A stretch of DNA of 44,400 bases from Methanobacteriota archaeon. Its GTDB lineage: Archaea; Thermoplasmatota; Thermoplasmata; RBG-16-68-12. Position 1 is the first letter of the stretch; each line of letters opens with the position of its first letter. The DNA lies in NCBI GenBank assembly GCA_005878915.1, contig VBML01000020.1, positions 1 through 44,400 of the forward strand, written 5' to 3'. Below, one piece after another: positions 25,464 through 35,486 of this stretch. Made by a program: the position numbers and the translations under genes. The notes beneath the pieces are model-generated. The model saw only the letters and a program-made list of their open reading frames with translations, made no database searches and was not told the DNA's origin.

Positions 25464-26156
25464 TCATCCCCGCAGGGCTTGTTCGAGGGCCGAGCTCAAG
25501 GTCCCGAAACTCGTCTCCCCGGTGTACACCTGGACGATGACTCCGCTGGCGTTGAGGATGTATATTGTGGGCGTCGCGGTGATCGCGTACAACGAGACGA
25601 GGTCTGCATCGACCAAGGCGTACGTCCAGTTGGTCCTGTAATTTCGGGCGAAGGCGTCGATCTTTCCGACGCTATCGTCAGGCTGGATGAAATTCACGTC
25701 GAGGCTGAGGAAGTTCACGGTGGTGGAGTACGACGAGTGGAGGCTCACCAGGACCGGCGCCTCGTTCACGCAGTGAGGGCAGTCCACATCCATGAACTCA
25801 AGCAGAACGGGCTTGCCGCGCAGTCCCTGTAGGCTCACACCGCTCCCGTCCGTCGCGACGACGGAGAAGTCGGGTGCGACCTGGCCGGGTCGAAGCCCCG
25901 CGCGGAAGGGGTTGACGATGATCACCGCGAGGACGACGACGAGAAGGATGGCCGCGATGCCTATGACCAGCTTTCCACGCTTGGTCAGGGAAGGTCGCGC
26001 GGCGGTCCGGGTCACGGCAGCCTCATCGACCAACTCCCGCTCGGTCTCCGTGAGCAGCTCGCTCGCGTCGATCTCCGCCCTGGGGTGCTGGTTTCTCACG
26101 TGCTTCTCGAGGTTCTCGACCTTGACGGAGACGCCGCACACCGGGCACTTCTTCAT
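25464..26156 (-). CDS. Membrane-anchored thioredoxin-fold thiol:disulfide oxidoreductase (TlpA/redoxin-like) with an N-terminal C2H2-like zinc finger
   Basis: MKKCPVCG-x11-H-x4-H, then a TM helix (LVIGIAAILLVVVLAVIIV), then a redoxin domain with a DCPHC active site. I prefer ATG 26156, because TTTATC lies ~30 nt upstream. It ends 1 nt before the VKOR start. Confidence 0.8.
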   Translation of the reverse strand: MKKCPVCGVSVKVENLEKHVRNQHPRAEIDASELLTETERELVDEAAVTRTAARPSLTKRGKLVIGIAAILLVVVLAVIIVNPFRAGLRPGQVAPDFSVVATDGSGVSLQGLRGKPVLLEFMDVDCPHCVNEAPVLVSLHSSYSTTVNFLSLDVNFIQPDDSVGKIDAFARNYRTNWTYALVDADLVSLYAITATPTIYILNASGVIVQVYTGETSFGTLSSALEQALRG

Positions 26157-26287
26157 TGCCACGCTGACCAAAAACGAGCCTGGACTTCGATAAACCTTCC
26201 GATGCCTCATCTCGTCGTCGGCACTCCTGCCAACCGGAGGCACGCAAGCGCGAATGCTTTACGGAGTGGCTGGTCCTTCCTTCGTCA

Positions 26288-26746
26288 ATGGTCTCCCGCC
26301 ATTATCGTCGCGTGCAGGATCGGATGTCCTCCGACGCGTTCGAGGCGAAAGTACAGTCGAAGATCGCTGAGTGGGGCGGCCTTCTCGACTCCGAGGCGGC
26401 GTCGCTCCTCGTTCTCGAGGCAATGGGGATGGACGTGGCGGATTGGACCCCGATCGCGAACTTGGAGGGGAACGCGGAGGTCTCGATTCGCGGCGAGGTC
26501 GTCGCCCTCACGCCGGTGCGGGAGTTTTCGCGCCAGGACGGTTCAAAGGGCCGTGTCGTGAATGCGACGATCAAGGATGGGACCGGTGCATGTCGGGTCG
26601 TGCTATGGGACGATGACGTCGGCCTCGTGACAGGAGGACGCCTCAAGATCGGGGGATTCCTCCGCTGCCTGGACTGCTTCGTCCGCCGGACGAACTTCGG
26701 GCTGGAGGTCGGCCGAGGTAAGTTTGGCGCACTGCTACCCGAGTGA
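26288..26746 (+). CDS. OB-fold nucleic-acid-binding protein (single-OB RPA/SSB-like) with a helical N-terminal domain
   Basis: EVSIRGEVVALTPVREFSRQDGSKGRVVNATIKDGTGACRVVLWDD is a typical anticodon/RPA-type OB pattern. A TATA-like CTTTAC lies ~30 nt upstream of the ATG. Confidence 0.7.
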   Translation: MVSRHYRRVQDRMSSDAFEAKVQSKIAEWGGLLDSEAASLLVLEAMGMDVADWTPIANLEGNAEVSIRGEVVALTPVREFSRQDGSKGRVVNATIKDGTGACRVVLWDDDVGLVTGGRLKIGGFLRCLDCFVRRTNFGLEVGRGKFGALLPE

Positions 26747-26753
26747 TTGGTGC

Positions 26754-28418
26754 CTACATCCCCATGCCAGGGGGCATGCCGCCCATCCCGCCCATGCCAC
26801 CGCCGTGCTCGTGGCCTCCGCCTCCGCCCTCGCCACCGCTCATCTTCTTCGCGGCGATGACATCGTCGATTCGAAGGATCATGTTCGCGACCTCCGAGGC
26901 GGACTCGATCGCCTGCCGCTTCACCCGGAGCGGCTCGATGACCTTCGTCTCGATCATGTCGGCGGGTCCCGCCTTGTTCAGGTCGACGCCGAAGTTCTTC
27001 CCCCTCTTTCCCTCGTGCTTCGTCCGCAGGGCGATGAGGAGGTCGATTGCGTCAAGGCCCGCATTCTCGGCGAGGGTCCACGGGACGATTTCGAGCGCCT
27101 CCGAGAAGGCCTCGATTGCGAGTTGCTCCCGGCCGCCAACGGTGGGCGCGAAGTCCTTCAACCGGAGGGAGAGCTCGATGTCTGCGGCGCCCCCGCCAGG
27201 GAGGGCCTTGCCGTCCTCGATGGCGACCCCGACAACCCGGAGGGCGTCGTGCATGACCCGTTCGACCTCGTCGACGACATGCTCCGTGCCGCCGCGGATC
27301 AGGATCGACACCGCCTTGGCGTTCTTGCAGCCCGTGATGAACGTCATCTCGTCCTCGCCGATCTTCCGCTCCTCGACGAGGTCCGCGTGGCCGAGGTCCT
27401 TCGTGCTGAGGTCGTTGAGATCGACCACGATTTTCCCGCCCGTTGCCTTTGCGAGCTTCTTCATGTCGCTCTCCTTCGCCCGCCGGACCGCGTAGATCTC
27501 CGCCTTCGCCAGATAATGCTGGACGAGGTCGTCGATTCCCTTCTGGCACACGACGACGTTGGCGCCCGCCTTCTTGATCGCGTCGACGTAGCCCTTCAGC
27601 GTGGACTCCTCTTGGGAGAGGAACGCCTGCATCTTCCCGGCTTCGTGGATCCGGATCTCGGAGGAGAACTCTGTCTTCTTGATTTCCAGTGCTCGATTCA
27701 ACAGGGCGATCTTCGCGTCGCGGATGAAGGCAGGCATCCGCGGATGGACCCGCTCCTTGTCCAGGATGATGCCATCGACGAGCTGTGTGTCGGTGAGAGA
27801 CCCACCGTGCTTCTTCACGACGAGCACATTGTCGACGTCCGCGACGAGCTTCCCCGCAATCTCCTCGACGATGGCCTTCACCGCGTTGACGGCGATGCCC
27901 GCAAGGAAATCACGGGAGGATCCGACGCTCCGACCGCTCATTGCGGTCGACGCGATGTCTTTGAGGAGCTGCGTGTCCGTGGCCTTCACGGGGAACGCAA
28001 GCTCTTCGAGGAGTTCGATTGCTTTCGCCGCGGCGATCTTGTACCCGTTCACGATGATCGTCGGGTGGACGTTCTGCTCGACGAGGGTCTCCGCCTTCTT
28101 CAGGAGCTCGCCCGCCACGATGACCGCGGTCGTCGTCCCGTCCCCGACCTCATCGTCTTGCGTCTTCGCAACTTCGACAATCATCTTCGCGGCGGGGTGC
28201 TCGACCTCGATCTCCTTGAGGATCGTCACGCCGTCGTTCGTAATCGTCACGTCGCCCATCGAGTCGACGAGCATCTTGTCCATGCCCTTCGGACCCAGTG
28301 TGGAGCGGACCGCATCCGCAACGGCCCGGGCCGCCGCGATGTTGTTCGACTGCGCCCCTTTCCCCTTCGACCGCTCCGTGCCCTCTTTGAGGATGATGAT
28401 TGGCTGGCCCTGCATCAT
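26754..28418 (-). CDS. ths: Thermosome subunit (group II chaperonin)
   Basis: [46 protein letters not shown] and a C-terminal GGMGGMGGM tail. Confidence 0.97.
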   Translation of the reverse strand: MMQGQPIIILKEGTERSKGKGAQSNNIAAARAVADAVRSTLGPKGMDKMLVDSMGDVTITNDGVTILKEIEVEHPAAKMIVEVAKTQDDEVGDGTTTAVIVAGELLKKAETLVEQNVHPTIIVNGYKIAAAKAIELLEELAFPVKATDTQLLKDIASTAMSGRSVGSSRDFLAGIAVNAVKAIVEEIAGKLVADVDNVLVVKKHGGSLTDTQLVDGIILDKERVHPRMPAFIRDAKIALLNRALEIKKTEFSSEIRIHEAGKMQAFLSQEESTLKGYVDAIKKAGANVVVCQKGIDDLVQHYLAKAEIYAVRRAKESDMKKLAKATGGKIVVDLNDLSTKDLGHADLVEERKIGEDEMTFITGCKNAKAVSILIRGGTEHVVDEVERVMHDALRVVGVAIEDGKALPGGGAADIELSLRLKDFAPTVGGREQLAIEAFSEALEIVPWTLAENAGLDAIDLLIALRTKHEGKRGKNFGVDLNKAGPADMIETKVIEPLRVKRQAIESASEVANMILRIDDVIAAKKMSGGEGGGGGHEHGGGMGGMGGMPPGMGM

Positions 28419-28447
28419 AAGAATCCGGCGGTTCTAAGTGAGGACTT

Positions 28448-28456
28448 CTATATAAG
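28448..28456 (-). promoter_or_regulatory. Strong TATA box of the thermosome gene
   Basis: The minus strand reads CTTATATAG, 30-38 nt upstream of ATG 28418. This is the best TATA match in the window. Confidence 0.55.
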
Positions 28457-28492
28457 CGTTACCTTGCCCGATTCTGATTCATCGCGCGTGGG

Positions 28493-29473
28493 TTAGGCCC
28501 TGGCAACTGTGAGGACGACCTTTCCGCGAGCATGTTCCTCCTGGACATACCGCATCGCCTCGGCCGCCTCGCCCAGCGGGTACGTTCCGTCAATGACCGG
28601 CCTGATCTTCCCAGTCTCAAGGAACTCCCTCAGGATGTTCAGGTCCTTCTTGTCCCTCTTTGCGATGAACGTCCGCACCCGATGGCGAAGGAATGGTCCC
28701 ACGACGGCTACCTTGATAAACGGAAGGACCGAGTGTTCCTTGCGGCCGGATTGCCCGGTCAGCACGAGAATTCCGTCCCGGGTTAGTGCCCGCCGGCACT
28801 CCGACCATGGATGGTTCCCGGCGACGTCGAGGATCAAGTCGTAGCGATGTCCGCTCGCTGTGAAATCTTCTTGGGTGTAATCAATGACCTTGTCGGCGCC
28901 GATCGATCGGACCATGTCGAGGTTCCTGGTCCTGCAAACGCCCGTCACGTGCGCTCCGAGCGCCTTCGCGATCTGCACCCCGAACGTCCCCACGCCCCCC
29001 GATGCGCCGTTGATCAGCACCTCCCGCCCGGGCCGGATCTCTCCTTTGTCACGAAGACCCTGGAGGGCAGTGATTGCCGCCACAGGTACCGCGGCAGCTT
29101 GCTCGAACGTCACGTTGGCCGGCTTCGGGACGAGACCGACGTCCTTCACAGCGACGTACTCGGCAAACGTCCGTATGCTCATCCCGAAGACCTCATCGCC
29201 TGGGTGAAACTCGGTGACGTTCTTGCCGACGGCTTCAACGCGCCCTGCCAAGTCTCCTCCCGGAACACTACTCTTGAGTTTGGGTTTCAACAGACCGTAC
29301 CCCATCATGCGGATGATGTACGGCCGTCCCCTCATGAAGTGCCAGTCGCCCAGATTGATCGAGGCCGCGCGAACGCGAACGAGCACCTGGTCGTCCTTGA
29401 TGACCGGCTTCTCAATTTCTCGGAGCTGGAGGACATCAGGTCCGCCGTACTTGTACCGGACAATGGCTTTCAT
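28493..29473 (-). CDS. NAD(P)H:quinone oxidoreductase / zinc-type alcohol dehydrogenase superfamily (MDR) protein
   Basis: GDEVFG, INGASGGVGTFGVQIAK cofactor motif and 326-aa MDR architecture without a structural zinc loop. A GGGGAGGAG SD-like element lies upstream. Confidence 0.88.
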   Translation of the reverse strand: MKAIVRYKYGGPDVLQLREIEKPVIKDDQVLVRVRAASINLGDWHFMRGRPYIIRMMGYGLLKPKLKSSVPGGDLAGRVEAVGKNVTEFHPGDEVFGMSIRTFAEYVAVKDVGLVPKPANVTFEQAAAVPVAAITALQGLRDKGEIRPGREVLINGASGGVGTFGVQIAKALGAHVTGVCRTRNLDMVRSIGADKVIDYTQEDFTASGHRYDLILDVAGNHPWSECRRALTRDGILVLTGQSGRKEHSVLPFIKVAVVGPFLRHRVRTFIAKRDKKDLNILREFLETGKIRPVIDGTYPLGEAAEAMRYVQEEHARGKVVLTVARA

Positions 29474-29577
29474 TGGATTCTCCTCCCCAGCGGTTGCATC
29501 GAAACGGGCTACTTAGCCCTTGACCCGCCCGAAATCGATGGACTTGATGCACCCGCAGATGGCATGGGCCCTCCCTC

Positions 29578-31545
29578 TCAGGCCGAGGGACGGTCGCCCT
29601 CGACCTCCTTGAGCCACCGGCGGACCTCTTCCACCGCACCCGCATCCTCGAGGGTCGTCGTGTCCCCGATATCCTGCCCCGAAACGAGGGCGCGGATGAC
29701 GCGCCGCATGATCTTCCCGCTCCGGGTCTTCGGGACCTTGTCCGTGACGAAGATATCGTCCGGGACCGCGATGGCACCGATGGCGGCTCGAACATGTCTC
29801 TGGAGCTCCTTTGACAATTCGCTGGAGCGCGCCACCCCGGTCTTCAGGACCACGTAGGCCACAAGGGCCTGGCCCTTGATCGGATGCGGCTTCCCGACGA
29901 CGGCGGCCTCGGCGACCTTCGGGTGGCTCACGAGCGCGGACTCCACCTCCATCGTGCCGATTCGGTGGCCCGCGACATTGATCACGTCGTCGATGCGCCC
30001 CATCAACCAGAAGTAGCCGTCCTCGTCTGTCCGGGCACCGTCTCCCGTGAAGTACGTGCCCGGGACCTTCGACCAGTAGACCTCGTTGTACCGGCCCGGG
30101 TCCTTGAAGATCGTCTGGAGCATCGCGGGCCATGGCTTCGTGATCACGAGGTACCCGCCCTTGTTGACAGGGACGGGGCGGCCGTGCTCGTCCACGACCT
30201 CCGCGCTGACGCCGGGGAATGTCCGGGTCGCGGATCCGGGTTTCGTCATCGTCGACCCGGGAAGGGGCGTGATCAGAATCATCCCCGTCTCCGTCTGCCA
30301 CCACGTATCGACAATGGGGCATCGTCCTCCGCCGATCGTGCGGTGGTACCACCGCCATGCCTCCGGGTTGATCGGCTCGCCCACGGTGCCGAGGAGGCGA
30401 AGGCTCGAGAGGTCGTGGCGCTTCGGGAATTCCTCCCCCGACCGCATGAAGGCGCGGATTGCCGTTGGAGCCGTGTACAGGATCGTGATCTGGTTCTCCT
30501 CGATCATGGACCACCATCGATCCGGCTGCGGCCAGTCAGGCGCGCCCTCGTACATGAAGACGCTCGCGCCGTTTGCAAGGGGGCCGTACACAAGGTACGA
30601 GTGCCCGGTCACCCAGCCGATGTCCGCGGTGCACCAGAAGAGGTCGTCGTCTTTCAAGTCGAAGATATAGCGGGACGTCGTTGCGACGCCAACGAGGTAA
30701 CCGCCCGTGGAGTGCTGGATTCCTTTCGGCCTCCCCGTCGTCCCCGATGTGTACAGGATGAAGAGCGGGTCCGTTGCGAGCATGGGCTCGGGGTCGCAGG
30801 TGCGGTCTGCCACCGCGGCGAGCTCGTGCCACCACCGGTCGCGGCCAGGGTACATCGGGACATCGATCCCCGCGCGACGGTACACGATGACGTGCTGGAC
30901 GATCTCGGACCCGGAGAGGGCCTCGTCCACGGTCTGCTTGAGCGGGATCAGGTTGCCTCGGCGGATGCCTGCATCTGCCGTCACAAGGACATGAGAGTCG
31001 GCGTCCTCGACTCGGTCCTTAATGGATTGAGCGCTAAAGCCGCCGAAGATCACGCTGTGGATCGCGCCGATTCGTGAACAGGCAAGCATCGCGATGGGAA
31101 GCTCCGGCACCATGGGCATGTAGATTGTCACGCGGTCTCCCCGCCTCACTCCGAGGCCCTTCAGGACGTTCGCGAACCGATTCACCTCGCGCCAGAGCTG
31201 GTGATACGTCAGAGACCGTCGCTCCCCGGGCTCCCCCTCCCACTGGATTGCGACCTTGTTTCGTCGGGGCGAGCGGAGGTGCCTGTCTAGGCAGTTCTCG
31301 GAGACGTTCAGCCTGCCACCGACGAACCATTTCGCGAAGGGCAGGTTCCACTCGAGGACCTTGTCCCAGTGCTTGATCCAGTGGAGCTTCTCGGCCTCCG
31401 CCGCCCAAAAGCCTTCGGGGTCGCGCTCTGCGCCCTCCCAGAGGCGGTCATCGCGGACGAGAGCGTGCTCCCGAAACACATCGGGAACGGGGTACTGCTC
31501 CCGCTCACGCAACAGGTTGTCGATCGTCGCGCTGGAGACGACCAA
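29578..31545 (-). CDS. acs: Acetyl-CoA synthetase (AMP-forming)
   Basis: 655 aa with [52 protein letters not shown] and a C-terminal [11 protein letters not shown]. Confidence 0.97.
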   Translation of the reverse strand: MVVSSATIDNLLREREQYPVPDVFREHALVRDDRLWEGAERDPEGFWAAEAEKLHWIKHWDKVLEWNLPFAKWFVGGRLNVSENCLDRHLRSPRRNKVAIQWEGEPGERRSLTYHQLWREVNRFANVLKGLGVRRGDRVTIYMPMVPELPIAMLACSRIGAIHSVIFGGFSAQSIKDRVEDADSHVLVTADAGIRRGNLIPLKQTVDEALSGSEIVQHVIVYRRAGIDVPMYPGRDRWWHELAAVADRTCDPEPMLATDPLFILYTSGTTGRPKGIQHSTGGYLVGVATTSRYIFDLKDDDLFWCTADIGWVTGHSYLVYGPLANGASVFMYEGAPDWPQPDRWWSMIEENQITILYTAPTAIRAFMRSGEEFPKRHDLSSLRLLGTVGEPINPEAWRWYHRTIGGGRCPIVDTWWQTETGMILITPLPGSTMTKPGSATRTFPGVSAEVVDEHGRPVPVNKGGYLVITKPWPAMLQTIFKDPGRYNEVYWSKVPGTYFTGDGARTDEDGYFWLMGRIDDVINVAGHRIGTMEVESALVSHPKVAEAAVVGKPHPIKGQALVAYVVLKTGVARSSELSKELQRHVRAAIGAIAVPDDIFVTDKVPKTRSGKIMRRVIRALVSGQDIGDTTTLEDAGAVEEVRRWLKEVEGDRPSA

Positions 31546-31663
31546 GGGATCACCTTACACGAGAACTCGGGGCCCGCCGTGGATCCGCCGAATCCGGCCC
31601 GCGAAGGGCGGCGGTGATATTTAGGATGGCGCCGGGCGCTGCCGCCGGACGATTGAGCTTAGG

Positions 31664-31671
31664 TTTATATC
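31664..31671 (+). promoter_or_regulatory. TATA box of the thioredoxin gene
   Basis: TTTATATC lies 28-35 nt upstream of GTG 31699 and 40-47 nt upstream of ATG 31711. Confidence 0.5.
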
Positions 31672-31698
31672 GCGCGGGCCGGTTGTAAATGGGCCAAG

Positions 31699-32040
31699 GT
31701 GCGTAGACCGATGGTGCAAGAAACTCCCATCCATATCACCGACACGGACTTCGACAGAGTCATGAAGGAGAACCCATACGTCATCGTCGATTTTTGGGCG
31801 GAGTGGTGCCGGCCATGCCACGCTATCGCTCCGATGATCGATGAGTTCGCCAAGAAATATGCGGGCAAGGTCGTCTTCGCGAAGATCAACAGCGATGAGA
31901 ACCAGGTGAAGTTCCAGGAGTACGGCGTCATGGGCATCCCCACCCTGTTGTTCTTCCGGGGCGGGAAGCTCGTGGACCAGGTCATCGGCGCGATGCCGAA
32001 GGGCCCCTTTGAACAACGGCTCCTCAAGCACCTCGCGTGA
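31699..32040 (+). CDS. trxA: Thioredoxin
   Basis: VDFWAEWCRPCHAIAP (WCxPC) and a GIPTLLFFRGGK cis-Pro region. The start is GTG 31699 or ATG 31711. Confidence 0.92.
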   Translation: MRRPMVQETPIHITDTDFDRVMKENPYVIVDFWAEWCRPCHAIAPMIDEFAKKYAGKVVFAKINSDENQVKFQEYGVMGIPTLLFFRGGKLVDQVIGAMPKGPFEQRLLKHLA

Positions 32041-32089
32041 TAACCGCGACCGTCAGATACAAGTACGCAAGGCTGGATGCGGTACGAGC

Positions 32090-32248
32090 ATGGAGACGAT
32101 GATGGAACGGCTTGCCCGCAAGAAGGCGGGTCCGCAGCTTTCAGAGATCACGATTCTCCCCGTCTTGAAGAAGGAACACGAGCACAAAGGGGAAGGGGCC
32201 GACGGCTGCGGCTGCGGCGAGGAAGAAGGCGGCTGCTGCGGCGGCTAA
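32090..32248 (+). CDS. Small Cys/Gly-tailed protein (52 aa), function unknown
   Basis: METMMERLARKKAGPQLSEITILPVLKKEHEHKGEGADGCGCGEEEGGCCGG. It has good GC3 bias, unlike the overlapping Arg-rich ORF 32077-32307. ATG 32090 lies 50 nt after the trx stop. The track's extension back to 32009 overlaps trx. Confidence 0.45.
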   Translation: METMMERLARKKAGPQLSEITILPVLKKEHEHKGEGADGCGCGEEEGGCCGG

Positions 32249-32345
32249 CTCGTGCAATTTTGTACTTGAGAATCATGGGTCATAATCAGGGAACGACCCT
32301 CTTATAGTCTCACGCCCGCTAGATTCTTACCCGAGGAGGCGTCTG

Positions 32346-32711
32346 ATGGATCCCCTGGAAGCGTCGAGACTTGTAACAGACGAGTACTCGGCGAAGATCC
32401 TCGTCGCCACGTTCAAAAAGCCCCGGTCGGCCATCGACCTGAGCCGCGAATACGGGATCCCGATCGCTGCCTGCTACCGTCGGATCCACGCGCTCGAGAA
32501 GGCGGGCCTCGTCCGGTGCACGGAGCGCGCCCTGACCCAGAAGGGGAAGCGGATCTCCCTCTACATGTCCCAGCTCAAGAACGCGTACATCTTCTTCGAG
32601 AACGGAAGGCTGCGCGTTCGGTTCCAGCTCGCGACCGGTGTGACACGCGACTTCGGCGGGGATTGGAAGGCCGTCGAGGTCGAGGAGCCGCCTCACCAAG
32701 AATACCTATAA
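32346..32711 (+). CDS. Winged-helix transcriptional regulator (ArsR-like)
   Basis: SAKILVATFKKPRSAIDLSREYGIPIAACYRRIHALEKAGLV is an HTH. A GAGGAGG SD-like element lies 7 nt upstream, and CTTATAGT at 32300-32307 is a TATA-like box. Confidence 0.75.
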   Translation: MDPLEASRLVTDEYSAKILVATFKKPRSAIDLSREYGIPIAACYRRIHALEKAGLVRCTERALTQKGKRISLYMSQLKNAYIFFENGRLRVRFQLATGVTRDFGGDWKAVEVEEPPHQEYL

Positions 32712-32730
32712 CCCCTCCTCCACAACCCAC

Positions 32731-32768
32731 AGGCAGGTCGAGATCCCCTCGACTTGCCTACTTTATTT
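32731..32768 (+). terminator. Hairpin plus T-tract downstream of the wHTH regulator gene (module 1)
   Basis: AGGCAGGTCGAG-atccc-CTCGACTTGCCT forms 12 bp with one G-U pair, followed by ACTTTATTT. Confidence 0.4.
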
Positions 32769-32794
32769 CCCTCTAACCCCTCCTCAAACCCCCA

Positions 32795-32834
32795 GGGCCT
32801 CGGGCTCCCCGCCCGTGGCCCATCTATTCTTTCC
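32795..32834 (+). terminator. Second hairpin plus T-rich tail (module 2)
   Basis: GGGCC-t-CGGGC-tcccc-GCCCG-t-GGCCC forms 5+5 bp around a U-U mismatch, followed by ATCTATTCTTTCC. Confidence 0.35.
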
Positions 32835-32876
32835 CCATGGCACCGCGGGACGTATTCTCAGCCGGCAGACGGTTGA

Positions 32877-34582
<1,706 letters not shown>

Positions 34583-34730
34583 GTCGCCACGTAGCAGGAT
34601 TCCGCTCCTCGGATCCGTTCAATCTCTGCGACACCGACGCACAACCCGGCAGCATTGTCCAGCCCCCAGGGGAGCGACCGAAGATTTCATATCGCGGTTG
34701 CCGGATACGCGGTCAAGGGATGGCGATTGC

Positions 34731-35015
34731 ATGCTTGAGGAGATTTCTGAGATTATTGGCCTCCAGGTCTACACGAACACCGGCGTGTTCCTCGGCAACG
34801 TGAACAACCTCGTCGTCGATGTGGAGAACGGAGCGGTCGATGGGCTGTTCGTCGGGGAGACGAACCCCCTCCTCGTCGAGGGCGGTCGCGCGGTATCGGT
34901 GCCGTACCGGTGGATCCAGAGCGTCGGGGACATCGTGATCCTCAGGTATTTCCCGAAGCGGGTTTCCTTGAAGAAAGGGGCTCCGCCGATGCCTGCCCCC
35001 ATGCCGGAGAAGTAG
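34731..35015 (+). CDS. PRC-barrel domain protein
   Basis: 94 aa. EIIGLQVYTNTGVFLGNVNNLVVDVENGAVDGLFV...VPYRWIQSVGDIVIL is a typical PRC barrel. The start is ATG 34731, not the track's 34551. Confidence 0.75.
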   Translation: MLEEISEIIGLQVYTNTGVFLGNVNNLVVDVENGAVDGLFVGETNPLLVEGGRAVSVPYRWIQSVGDIVILRYFPKRVSLKKGAPPMPAPMPEK

Positions 35016-35054
35016 GTCCGCACGCTTTTATTCCGGCAGGCATTGTCCCGCCCG

Positions 35055-35486
35055 ATGCCGCGGGCGCGGGCCCCGGAGGCTGCGCGATTGGGGGCGGCCC
35101 TGGAGATTTTGGACATCCGACAGGTGAGACCCCACGAGCGCACCCGCGAGGACCTCCTCGAGCAGCTGCTGGCGGAGATTTCCCGGGACGGGGAATTGCG
35201 ACTGCCTGTCCTCGTTGAGCGCGAGCATCACGTGATCCTCGATGGCCACCACCGCTACGAGGCCCTCCGCCGCCTCGGGTGCCGAAGGATCCCCGCCTAC
35301 GTCGTCGACTACGCCTCCGAGGAGATCGGGCTGACGACATGGCCCGGAGCGATCGTCGCGACCGTCACGAAGGCGGAGGTCGTCGCCCATGGTCTCGCGG
35401 GGAACCTGTTCCCGCCGAAGACGACCCGCCATCTGCTGAAGGTGAAGCTCGAGGAGTCGCCCGTCCGGCTCACGGACCTGATGTAG
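35055..35486 (+). CDS. ParB/sulfiredoxin-like N-terminal domain protein
   Basis: IRQVRPHE...ILDGHHRYEALRRLG matches the ParB/Srx fold (DGHHR). CTTTTATT (35025-35032) lies ~27 nt upstream of ATG 35055. Confidence 0.75.
   Translation: MPRARAPEAARLGAALEILDIRQVRPHERTREDLLEQLLAEISRDGELRLPVLVEREHHVILDGHHRYEALRRLGCRRIPAYVVDYASEEIGLTTWPGAIVATVTKAEVVAHGLAGNLFPPKTTRHLLKVKLEESPVRLTDLM

Larger units (their letters stand above)
32709..32836 (+). repeat. Tandem duplication of a ~63-nt module: TAACCCCTCCTC box + hairpin + T-rich tail
   Basis: Module 1 is 32709-32770 and module 2 is 32774-32836. Both start TAACCCCTCCTC-A/C-rich, carry an 11-12 bp hairpin with a pyrimidine loop (ATCCC or TCCCC), and end A(C/T)(T/C)T(T/A)T-rich. 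Confidence 0.6.

Noticed and set aside
26724-28496. 590-aa and 250/278-aa plus-strand ORFs covering the thermosome locus
   Set aside because: They are antisense or off-frame to a textbook thermosome gene. Their composition (Asp/Arg/Leu/His runs) is typical of reverse-frame artefacts.
29513-31077. 334-aa minus-strand and 397-aa plus-strand ORFs overlapping acs
   Set aside because: They are off-frame or antisense to acetyl-CoA synthetase, Arg/Gly/Pro-rich, and without motifs.
32009-32307. N-terminal extension of the Cys-rich ORF (from 32009) and the overlapping 76-aa ORF 32077-32307
   Set aside because: The extension overlaps the thioredoxin 3' end. The 76-aa frame is Arg/Gly-rich with poor GC3 bias. 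Only the 32090-32248 frame looks coding.
34611-34624. tRNA T-loop-like string GGATCCGTTCAATC in the pyrI/PRC-barrel spacer
   Set aside because: The flanks provide no complementary T-stem, acceptor stem or anticodon arm. I found no tRNA-like cloverleaf in any intergenic region.
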